Assembly: GCA_965215605.1 (NCBI GenBank)
Contig: OZ244070.1
Coordinates: 960,001-1,024,000, forward strand
Reading direction: 5' to 3'
Length of the DNA stretch: 64,000 bases
DNA from: an uncultured Candidatus Binatia bacterium
Lineage (GTDB): Bacteria > Desulfobacterota > Binatia > UBA9968 > JAJDTQ01
Positions 20,182 to 28,513 of the stretch are shown here, one piece after another. The notes beneath the pieces are model-generated. The model saw only the letters and a program-made list of their open reading frames with translations, was not told the DNA's origin and made no database searches. Made by a program: the position numbers and the translations under genes. Numbering within the stretch: position 1 is the stretch's first letter; each line of letters starts with the position of its first letter.

Positions 20182-21219
20182 ATGCTCTGGAACGTTCTTC
20201 CGCGACCGGTCGCTCATCTTGCCGGCGTGTGCATACCGCTGGCGCTTGGGCTGACCGGGTGTTTGTCGGACGATTCCTACCTCGTGCGGAGAGGATCGCG
20301 CGTGAACATCGCCACGACCACCCCGCCGGGGAGTCCATCAGATCGGTCCGTCTTGAAGCAGTTGCCGACCACAACTCGATCCGTGGTGAAGGTGGATACG
20401 TCAACGACGAGAGACACCGGCATTCAAGGCAAAGGGTATTTTGTCTCCATCGGGAGAGTCGCACTGGACAACCATGCAGGAGGCGATCTCTTTTCCGAGC
20501 CCGACGTCTATGTGCAGGTTCAACGCCGGGATAAACTCGTTCTTGAAGCCGTACGGCGCGAGGAAGACAGGCTTTCCGTTTTGAACGCTCGAAAGAAGGC
20601 TTTGGAGAAGGAGATGGAGTCGCTTCAAGCCAGGAAGAGAAAGAGCGAAGTCGTGCCGGGTGAGCCCCTTTCTCAAACTCGACTTCGGCGATTGGCTGAA
20701 CTGACCCGCACCACGGAAGGCGCGTGCGAGGGACTATTGGCAGATAACGAATGCCGGAAGTGCGAGCGATACGACGAAAGGCAGGTCTGCCGCGAGTGTG
20801 AGGCATGCAAGGAGCGGCGATTTCTTCTGAAGAAGAAGGCGGAAAGCGAAGTTGTTCCCGGAGCTGCTCTTGATCCAAAGGAATGGGAGCGCCTGCGAGA
20901 GTTGGAGGCATTGGTCGAGCGGCTTGCGAAGGACATAGGCGACACGCGCTCAACGGCACGCCGGCTTCGCAAGACAATTACGGCAAAGACCCATACCGTG
21001 ACAACCCCCGGCCTTCGCCTGGATTACGGATTCCGGTCCATTTTGGAAGTCTTTCCGGGCGATGAGCTTTGGGTGTCGGTCTACGATGAGGATGTCGGTG
21101 AAGACGATCTTTACGGGTCTACAGTGTTTCGAGTTCCGAAGGGCCCAATGACACAAAGGGAAGTGGAATTGTCGATGCCAAACGTTCGGTCGGTGATTCT
21201 GAGACTGAGGTTGCGTTGA
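20182..21219 (+). CDS. Hypothetical lipoprotein with C2-like halves, coiled coil and Cys cluster
   Basis: Lipobox LTGC; EPDVYVQV and VSVYDEDVGEDDLYG; C-x8-CxxC-x8-CxxCxxC; lower GC than flanks. Confidence 0.65.
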   Translation: MLWNVLPRPVAHLAGVCIPLALGLTGCLSDDSYLVRRGSRVNIATTTPPGSPSDRSVLKQLPTTTRSVVKVDTSTTRDTGIQGKGYFVSIGRVALDNHAGGDLFSEPDVYVQVQRRDKLVLEAVRREEDRLSVLNARKKALEKEMESLQARKRKSEVVPGEPLSQTRLRRLAELTRTTEGACEGLLADNECRKCERYDERQVCRECEACKERRFLLKKKAESEVVPGAALDPKEWERLRELEALVERLAKDIGDTRSTARRLRKTITAKTHTVTTPGLRLDYGFRSILEVFPGDELWVSVYDEDVGEDDLYGSTVFRVPKGPMTQREVELSMPNVRSVILRLRLR

Positions 21220-21770
21220 ATGACGCGCGGACCTTCCAGGCAGTCGTGAGGGTCTCCAGTATTCCCTGCCTTCGCCATCTCTGCTCGGCATTTGTTGCAC
21301 TAGTCGCGATACTATTCTGTGCCGAGGCCTCTGCCAACCCACGCGCATGTCCGAAGTGGAACACCCTGGAGTTTTTTCGCGAGGCAACGGCTGGCGACGT
21401 TCAAAGGTGTCTGAATGAGGGCGCAGACGCAAATGCGAGGGGCCGTTATGGAGAAACACCGCTGCACAGGGCAGGAATGGTTGGCGAAGCAGCCGTTGTC
21501 CATGCGCTCGTCAGCGCAGGCGCAGACGTAACCGCACGGAACAGTGGCGGAGAGACACCGCTGCACAAGGCGGGAAGTGCGGCGGCAGTCATGATCCTCG
21601 TCAACGCAGGCGCTGATCCGAACGCAGCCGACTACGGTGGATGGGCGCCGCTGGATGTGGCGAAGGACGCGGAGGTGATCCAGGAACTCACCGATTCTGG
21701 CGCCAAATTCAGCCCGACGCTAATCGGCGAGTGTCTCTCCTCCCAGGAAACGGGGAAGCAATGCGAGTAG
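21216..21770 (+). CDS. Secreted ankyrin repeat protein
   Basis: Signal-like hydrophobic segment, WNT.EFF..AT, GADANAR..YGETPLH, GADVTAR..GGETPLH, GADPNA. Confidence 0.9.
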   Translation: MNDARTFQAVVRVSSIPCLRHLCSAFVALVAILFCAEASANPRACPKWNTLEFFREATAGDVQRCLNEGADANARGRYGETPLHRAGMVGEAAVVHALVSAGADVTARNSGGETPLHKAGSAAAVMILVNAGADPNAADYGGWAPLDVAKDAEVIQELTDSGAKFSPTLIGECLSSQETGKQCE

Positions 21771-21882
21771 CCGGGATGGCGAGTACGAACTGGGCCCATA
21801 GGCGACGGCCACGAGCGTGCCGGGAGTCACAGGCCCTTGTGGACGTGCGGCCAACCGTCGAAACCGCCTTCCCCGCACGTCA

Positions 21883-22110
21883 TCACGTCTCACCTTGCCG
21901 CCGGACAAGCCCGGGCACGGGTAGATCAGCTCGCAACAGGGCATCGATGCGGTCGGCCATGCGTTGAGCGGGCTCCCGGAGTTGCTCGACGGTCCAGTCG
22001 GCTGCATAGCCCTCGGTGATGTCGTCGTCGCGGGCGTGGTTCACCAGCCGCTTGGTCAGGGGACGGGGCGGCATGAGAGCGCGCTCGGCCACGGTGATGA
22101 AGGCGTTGCG
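21883..22110 (-). pseudogene. Tyrosine recombinase/integrase C-terminal remnant
   Basis: RNAFITVAER.LM....TKRLVNHAR..DITEGYAADWTVEQLREPAQRMADRI (box II H..Y region only). Confidence 0.75.
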
Positions 22111-22239
22111 GGCGCGGACTGGACAGTCGCGCACGAAGCATGGTCGCCGCCGGTGACAGGACTGCCGCGCGCCGTGTCGCGCAAGCGTGAACGTTCAACC
22201 CCATATTCAACACCACGGAAGAATCATGTTCGCCGCGTC

Positions 22240-23112
22240 TCAACGCGCAACGGACACCAGGACGATCCCCGTCACCACCAGCATCGTCCCGAGCACGGTG
22301 CCGCGGGTTACCCGTTCCATGTCCCGGAGAAAAATGACGGCGCCCAGGAGAATCCACATGGGCAGGGTGGCGGTGATGGGGGCGATGACGACGACCTCGC
22401 CGGCGTTGAGGGCGTAGAGGATGCCGCCGGCGGAGACGCCTTCGAAGAGCCCCGCCGCGACAAAGGGCCAGAACGCCCGCCGGTCCCAGACGTAGCGTTG
22501 CGCCAGGCCCGGCACCGCCTGGGTGATTCCCAGCAAGGCGAGGCCCACCGTGCCGGTGACGGCGGTGAAGAAGACCGGCTCCGGGGTCAGGATCAGCGCT
22601 GCCCGCCGCAGCGGGAAGGCGATGCCCGCCATGACCGCGGCGGCCAGCGGCACCAGGACATACCAGCCGGGGCTGTCCGCCTTGTCTTCGGCCGCCCTGG
22701 CGCTCTCCCGGGAAATGGCCGCGATACCGCCGACCACCGTCACGTTGCCGAGGAACACGGGCAGCGTCAGTTCTTCCCCCAACAGTGAAATCGCGATGAG
22801 GCCTGCCCAGAATGGGTGGGTGGCCCGGAGCGAGCCGCTCCGGGCGGCGCCGATGGTCTGCATGCCCCTATAGGTCAACTGGCGCACGAAGGGCTGCAGG
22901 CTGCCGGCGGCGACCATCAGCGCCACCGCGTACCAGTTGAAGTCGGGAATCCCGCCCCGAATCGCCACCGCCGCGCTGAAGATCCCGGCCTGGAACACCA
23001 TGGAGAACGTCGTCACGGTGGCCGGGGTGGAGTAGCGCAGGCCCCGGCGCGCGACGATGAAGCTCACGGCATACATGGCGGCGGAAACGACGGCGACGAG
23101 TTCGGGGAGCAT
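22240..23112 (-). CDS. DMT/EamA family transporter
   Basis: About 10 TM; IGAARS..LRAT.P, LLGEE, VVVIAPITAT.P, FLRDMERVT. Confidence 0.88.
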   Translation of the reverse strand: MLPELVAVVSAAMYAVSFIVARRGLRYSTPATVTTFSMVFQAGIFSAAVAIRGGIPDFNWYAVALMVAAGSLQPFVRQLTYRGMQTIGAARSGSLRATHPFWAGLIAISLLGEELTLPVFLGNVTVVGGIAAISRESARAAEDKADSPGWYVLVPLAAAVMAGIAFPLRRAALILTPEPVFFTAVTGTVGLALLGITQAVPGLAQRYVWDRRAFWPFVAAGLFEGVSAGGILYALNAGEVVVIAPITATLPMWILLGAVIFLRDMERVTRGTVLGTMLVVTGIVLVSVAR

Positions 23113-23136
23113 GACGACGTGCTGACTTCAGCGGAT

Positions 23137-24060
23137 TCAGCGGGCCGCGATGATCGTGACGGTGCCGGCCACCACCGCGACGGTGCCGGTGACCGACCTG
23201 ACGTTGGGTCGTTCCACGCCGCGCAGGAACAGCAGGGCCAGCACCTGGGTCCAGAGCGGCGAGGTGGCCACCAACGGAGCCACCGCCACCACCTGGCCCA
23301 TGCTGACGGCGATGAGCGAGAACAGCGAGGCCACCGTCTCGAAGGCGCCGGCGACCACGAAGGGCCACAGCGCGCGCCGGTCCCAGGCGATACGCTCCCG
23401 CGTACCGCCGGCGGACATCGAAACCGCCAGGCACACCGCCGCCACCGTGGCCAGGACAGCGGCAAAGAACAGGGGCTCGTTGGAGATGTCGAGCCCGTAG
23501 CGCCGCACCGGGAACGCGATGCCCGCCAGGAACGCAGCGGCGAGCGGGAACAGCACATACCACCGGCGGTTACGGGGGTGCGGGTCGTGGAGGACCTCGC
23601 CCCGGACCGCCGCGGTCCGGCCGCGGTTCACGGCAACGCGGTCGGAACTCCAGGAAATGAGAATCGTGCCCGCTACCACCAGCACCGTCCCCGCCATGAC
23701 GCCGGGGCCCAGGCTCTCGCCGAGCAGGGTCACCGACAGAACCGCGCTCCAGAGCGGATAGGTGGTGCGTAGCGGCTGGCTGCGGGAGGCGCCGATCCTG
23801 GCCACGCCGGTGAAGGTCAGGTAACTCGTGGCGGTCTGCATGACGCCCAACAGCACGAACACCAGCAGGGCCAGCCTGGCCACCGAGGGAACGCCGCCGG
23901 TGGCCAGGACCGCGCACCACAAGAGCGTCATCCGCACGGCCATGGCGACGCAGGTGGCGGTGAGCGGCGTGGAGTATTGCAGCCCGAGCCGGGAGGAGAC
24001 CGAAACCGACGCGTAGGCGAAGGCCGCCATCAAGGCTATGGCTTCGGCGGGCAACGGCAT
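23137..24060 (-). CDS. DMT/EamA family transporter (paralog of the adjacent gene)
   Basis: IGASRSQPLRTTYP, LLGES, VVAVAPLVATSP, FLRGVER. Confidence 0.88.
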   Translation of the reverse strand: MPLPAEAIALMAAFAYASVSVSSRLGLQYSTPLTATCVAMAVRMTLLWCAVLATGGVPSVARLALLVFVLLGVMQTATSYLTFTGVARIGASRSQPLRTTYPLWSAVLSVTLLGESLGPGVMAGTVLVVAGTILISWSSDRVAVNRGRTAAVRGEVLHDPHPRNRRWYVLFPLAAAFLAGIAFPVRRYGLDISNEPLFFAAVLATVAAVCLAVSMSAGGTRERIAWDRRALWPFVVAGAFETVASLFSLIAVSMGQVVAVAPLVATSPLWTQVLALLFLRGVERPNVRSVTGTVAVVAGTVTIIAAR

Positions 24061-24174
24061 TGAAATCCAGACAGGCGCGTCAGCACCCGTGACTGCCGGT
24101 GGGACAGTCTCCGGCAAGGGCGGCGGTCCGGTGGCCCCGACGGGGTCCGGCCCATGCGGCGTGGCGACGGTTCT

Positions 24175-25113
24175 TCATGCCGTGTCGGGCGCTCGGGAAC
24201 CGGCGCCCGGCGCCTCGGGGCTTGCCGCTCCCGGCGCGAGCCAGCTCGACACCAACCCGGACACGCCGACGCCCGCGTTGGGCGCGGTCAGGCGCAGAAG
24301 TTTCTCCACTTGCGGCAGGTCGACGGTCAGCCGCGGATCCAACAACACGAGGTACTCGTCGTAGAGCACGGCCGCGAGATCGGGCGCATAGCCGAACACC
24401 CGGCCGAGCATCGTCAGGGTCTCGCTCCGATGCCCCTGCAGGTAGCGGATCGCCTCCCGGTGCGCGGCCAGGAACGCCGCGATAGCGCCGCCTCTCTCGC
24501 TCAGCCGCGCCGCCATCGTTTCGACGGTTATGGGCATGGGATCGTCCCCCACTACCGGCCAGCCGGCGAGCGGCAGGAAGCCTCGTTCCCGCGCGACGAA
24601 GTCGAAGGGCCGCGGCAACAGCGCCGCACCCGCGGACCCCTCGGTGAGCCGGTCCAGCGCGTGCTGATCGGTGTCCACCGTGTCCAGACCGAGGTCGGCC
24701 CCCAATTCCAGCCTGCCGAGGCTTCGAAACGTCTCCGCCAGCGGCGCCGTCTCGGCGACGACGCGGCGGCATGCCAGCGCCTTGCCCTTGAGGTGCGCGA
24801 GCTCGCGTGTCCCGGCCGGGGCCATCAGCACGTACGGGCTGCTGTTCATGCACGAGCCCACGAGCCGCGTGGCGCCGGTGCGCAGGAAATGCTGGAGCGA
24901 CGCCCGCCCGATGACGAGGGACAGGTCGGCGTCGCCGGCCGCCAGCGCCTGATTGCGCTCGTCCGTGCCCTGCACGTGGTCCCAGGACAACTCCAGCCCG
25001 TGCCGCCGGTAGATGCCCTGCTCAATTCCCAGATACCCGGTGGGATCGCGCGCCACGCTCTCGCTCCCCCCGCCGAGGACCCCGTATAGCACCCTAAGCC
25101 GTGTGACTTGCAT
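24175..25113 (-). CDS. NMT1/SsuA/THI5-like substrate-binding protein
   Basis: GIYRRHGLEL, ALAAGDAD, LKGKAL, AFLAAHREAIRYL; no clear signal peptide. Confidence 0.7.
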   Translation of the reverse strand: MQVTRLRVLYGVLGGGSESVARDPTGYLGIEQGIYRRHGLELSWDHVQGTDERNQALAAGDADLSLVIGRASLQHFLRTGATRLVGSCMNSSPYVLMAPAGTRELAHLKGKALACRRVVAETAPLAETFRSLGRLELGADLGLDTVDTDQHALDRLTEGSAGAALLPRPFDFVARERGFLPLAGWPVVGDDPMPITVETMAARLSERGGAIAAFLAAHREAIRYLQGHRSETLTMLGRVFGYAPDLAAVLYDEYLVLLDPRLTVDLPQVEKLLRLTAPNAGVGVSGLVSSWLAPGAASPEAPGAGSRAPDTA

Positions 25114-25317
25114 TCCGTTACCCCGCCGTGCCCCTTCCTGCCCCCGCATGCCGGCCCCGCCCGGCAAAGCTTGACACCACCATAGCGAAGGTGTACCGCC
25201 TTGCATAGACGGACGGTTTCACGCCGTCCGCGTCGCTTTCACACACGGGTCCCCGCCCCCGGCAACGACCGTCCGCCCGGCGCGCGAGCGGGACCGATTT
25301 TTGAAGGAGGCACAGCC

Positions 25318-26388
25318 ATGAGCATCGCACTGTCCCACGGCGGAACGACCATGTATTCGTCCCCCTCCCGTTCCGACGAACTGTGGGTGGGGACGCGCAA
25401 GGGCATCGCAGTGCTGGAACGCGGCTCCGGCGGCTGGCGTGTCGCCCGCCACATGCTGGAGGACAAGCACATCAGCGCCATCCACCAGGAACCGGAGAGC
25501 GGCCTGCTCTTCGTCGGGGCGTTTCACGCGGGGCTTTACGCAAGCGGCGACCACGGCGCCACCTGGGAGGCGCGCGAGAACGGCCTGACCGAGCTGGACG
25601 TCTACAGCATCAATTCGTCGCGCAGCAACGGCCGCACCCGGCTCTACGCCGGGACCGAGCCCGCGCACCTGTTCTGCAGCGACGACCTGGGCGAGCACTG
25701 GACTGAGCTGCCGGCGCTGCGGTCGGTGCCCAGCGCGCCCAACTGGAAGTTCCCGGTGCCGCCGCACATCGCCCACGCCAAGCACATCAACTTCGATCCG
25801 CACGACCCCGACACCGTGTACGTGAGCGTCGAGGTGGGGGGCCTCCTCAGGAGCCGGGACCGCGGCGAGTCCTTCGAGGAGCTTCTCGGGATCTACGAGG
25901 ATGCCCACAGGCTGCTGATCCACCCGCAGGACTCCGATCGCCTGTATGAAGTGACCGGACGCGGGTTGTACGTCTCGGCGGACGGCGGAAAGAACTTCGA
26001 GGAGCGGCTCGTGCGGCCGTGCGAGAACGGCGATTACCCGGACGGATGCGTGCTCAATCCGCTGAATCCCGACATGATGTTCCTGAGCGCGGCGCAGTAC
26101 AACCCGGGCCAGTGGCAAAGGACCCACTTCGCCGGCGCGCGCATCTCGCGCAGCCTGAACGGCGGGCAAACCTGGGAGATCCTGCGCAACGGACTCCCGG
26201 ACCGCCTGCAGGCGAGCATCGAAGCGCTGTGCCTGGAAGCGGCGGGCGATTCGGTTTCGGTCTTCGCCGCCACCACCAGCGGCGAGGTCTATTCCAGTGA
26301 CGATGCCGGGGATAGCTGGTCCGTCATCGCTAGCGGACTGGCGCCCGTCTCCAAGGACTTCCACTACAAGGACCTGCAGGCAGCATAG
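25318..26388 (+). CDS. BNR/Asp-box repeat beta-propeller protein
   Basis: SGDHGATW, SDDLGEHW, SRDRGESF, SADGGKNF, SLNGGQTW, SDDAGDSW; AGGAGG RBS. Confidence 0.82.
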   Translation: MSIALSHGGTTMYSSPSRSDELWVGTRKGIAVLERGSGGWRVARHMLEDKHISAIHQEPESGLLFVGAFHAGLYASGDHGATWEARENGLTELDVYSINSSRSNGRTRLYAGTEPAHLFCSDDLGEHWTELPALRSVPSAPNWKFPVPPHIAHAKHINFDPHDPDTVYVSVEVGGLLRSRDRGESFEELLGIYEDAHRLLIHPQDSDRLYEVTGRGLYVSADGGKNFEERLVRPCENGDYPDGCVLNPLNPDMMFLSAAQYNPGQWQRTHFAGARISRSLNGGQTWEILRNGLPDRLQASIEALCLEAAGDSVSVFAATTSGEVYSSDDAGDSWSVIASGLAPVSKDFHYKDLQAA

Positions 26389-26437
26389 CCCAGGCCCTTC
26401 CCGGCACGGCCGGGCATACACAAAGAGAGAAGAGCCT

Positions 26438-26491
26438 CCGCGGCCGGCGCACGGGGGCGGGTTCCATACCCGCCCCCGTGTCGGTCCGCGG
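26438..26491. repeat. REP-like long hairpin
   Basis: cacgggggcgggt-tccat-acccgcccccgtg with outer ccgcgg arms. Confidence 0.5.
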
Positions 26492-26558
26492 GAGCGGACA
26501 ACAGACAACGGCGCGAACGTGCAAGGGATACGTCGGGCCGCGCAACGGGGATGACGGG

Positions 26559-27575
26559 ATGAAGTTCGGTTTGTTGGTTGATTGCCATGTACGCGAGGGT
26601 CGGACGCAGACTCTCGCTTTCGACGAGTTGTTCGACCAAGTGGATGCCGCCGAAGCCATGGGGCTGGATTCCATCTGGATCGTCGAGCATCATTTCCGGC
26701 CCAAGGCCTCGGTGCTCTCCGCATCCATGATGGTGGCCGGGGCCATTGCCGCGCGCACCGAGCGCGTCCGCATCGGCACGGCGGTGCAGGTGCTGCCGCT
26801 GGGCAACCCGCTGCGCATCGCGGAAGAGGTGGCCTCCATCGACCACATCAGCCACGGAAGGTTCGACTTCGGTGTCGGCCGCAGCAGCATCCCCAAGTTC
26901 TACGACGGCTTCAACATCCCCTACTCGGAAAGCACGGCGCGTTTCGCCGAGTCCTTCGAGATCGTCTTGCGCGCCTTCAGCCAGGAAACCTTCTCCTTCG
27001 AAGGCGACTACTACTCCTACCACGACGTCAGCATCTCGCCGCGGCCGCTCCAGCAACCCTATCCCCCCATCTACATGGCCGTGCGCACGCCCGAGGGCTT
27101 CGCACACACGGCCCGCAGCGGATTCAACGTGGTGCTGTGGTTCATGGGCGACTACTACGAGGACCGCCTGCAGATCTACCGCGACGAATGGCAGGCCGCG
27201 GGCCATGCCGAGCCGCCGGAGATTCACATACGCGTGCCGGTCTTCGTGGCCGAATCCGAGGAGCAGGCGCGGGAAATCCCCCGGGCCAGCGTGGTTCACG
27301 ACCTCCACCGGGTCATCGCCGAAGCCACTGCCATGAACGCCGCCGACCGCGTGGCCCAGGCCGAACGGCACCTGAGCGACTACGACGAGTTCCTGCGCAC
27401 CCGCATGGTGTTCGGCTCACCCGAGTCGGTGGTGGACCGCATCGAGGAATTCCGGGAGCGCATGGGCCTCACCGGCCTGATCCTGGACATGAACCACGGC
27501 GGCCAGATCCCCCACGAGCAGGTCGTCAACTCCATCAAGCTGCTGACCGAGAAAGTGGCGCCGCGGCTGGCGTAG
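26559..27575 (+). CDS. LLM class flavin-dependent oxidoreductase (luciferase-like monooxygenase)
   Basis: W..EHHF, ARTERVRIGTAV, NPLRIAEE, DHIS.GRFDFGVGR, PLQQPYPPI. Confidence 0.92.
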   Translation: MKFGLLVDCHVREGRTQTLAFDELFDQVDAAEAMGLDSIWIVEHHFRPKASVLSASMMVAGAIAARTERVRIGTAVQVLPLGNPLRIAEEVASIDHISHGRFDFGVGRSSIPKFYDGFNIPYSESTARFAESFEIVLRAFSQETFSFEGDYYSYHDVSISPRPLQQPYPPIYMAVRTPEGFAHTARSGFNVVLWFMGDYYEDRLQIYRDEWQAAGHAEPPEIHIRVPVFVAESEEQAREIPRASVVHDLHRVIAEATAMNAADRVAQAERHLSDYDEFLRTRMVFGSPESVVDRIEEFRERMGLTGLILDMNHGGQIPHEQVVNSIKLLTEKVAPRLA

Positions 27576-27625
27576 GCGCGCAGCGCCTGTCATCCCTCGC
27601 AGAACGGACGCCCACCCATGAACGG

Positions 27626-28438
27626 CTACTCTCCCGGCTCCCATGCGTCCTCGTCGGCGGGTTCGGCGCCATACGTGTAATCGAACAGTTGGCCGTATCC
27701 TTCCACATCCGAGTACACGTGCGCCAGGCCCAGCCCGGCCCACATCATCGCCTGCATGCTGGTGACTACCGGGACGCCGAGGTCCTGCTCCAAACTGTCG
27801 ATGATCGCCACGCTGGGCATGAGGGCGCCGGTGATCCAGATGCCGTCGGCGGCCGGGGTCGAGAGGAAGAGATCCTTGGCGGCGTGGTAGACCTCCGCCA
27901 GGGGCATGGTGGAGACGCCGTAGCGCCGTGACATGGCGGCCTCGTCGGACGGCCACAGGGAGCGCCGCCCCACCACGTCGATGCCTGCGTGGCCGACGTA
28001 TTCGGCGAGCTGCCGGTCCATGGACTCGTCGAAGGGTGTCAGCATGGCCACGCGCCCCATGCCCAGGGTATGCATGCCTCGGATGCAGGCGCCGATGTCC
28101 GTGGCAAAGGGAATGTCGGTGTGGCCCGCCACCTCCGCCAGCAGCTTCTCCTCGAAGCCCCATCCACGGGTGACCACCAGCGGCACCCCGGCCTGGATGA
28201 TGGAATCCACCCGCCGGTCCTCCAGTTCGCCCACGGCCACGTCCATGCGGCCCACCGCGTCATCGTACTGCTGCTGGGTCAACTGGGTGACGTGGAGCGA
28301 GGTCATCACGATGGTGACGCCGTCCGGCGCCATGAGATAGAACTCGTAGCCGTTGTTCTCGTGGCCCGGGCTGGGGGTGACGAACCCGATGCGGGCGCGC
28401 CAGCCGTAGGTGGCCCCAAGGGGAGGTTTCAATGCCAT
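27626..28438 (-). CDS. Maleate isomerase/arylmalonate decarboxylase-like (Asp/Glu racemase fold) protein
   Basis: YGWRARIGF.TPS, RVAMLTPF, ADGIWI, LEQDLGVPVVTS.QA..W. Confidence 0.8.
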   Translation of the reverse strand: MALKPPLGATYGWRARIGFVTPSPGHENNGYEFYLMAPDGVTIVMTSLHVTQLTQQQYDDAVGRMDVAVGELEDRRVDSIIQAGVPLVVTRGWGFEEKLLAEVAGHTDIPFATDIGACIRGMHTLGMGRVAMLTPFDESMDRQLAEYVGHAGIDVVGRRSLWPSDEAAMSRRYGVSTMPLAEVYHAAKDLFLSTPAADGIWITGALMPSVAIIDSLEQDLGVPVVTSMQAMMWAGLGLAHVYSDVEGYGQLFDYTYGAEPADEDAWEPGE

Positions 28439-28465
28439 GGGTGTCTCCTGGAAATCAACGCTCCA

Positions 28466-28498
28466 CCGCCTGCTCCGCGCTTCAGGCGGAGCAGGCGG
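28466..28498. terminator. 13-bp intergenic hairpin (terminator or mRNA-stabilising stem)
   Basis: ccgcctgctccgc-N7-gcggagcaggcgg. Confidence 0.45.
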
Positions 28499-28513
28499 CA
28501 TTCGTGCCGGAGG

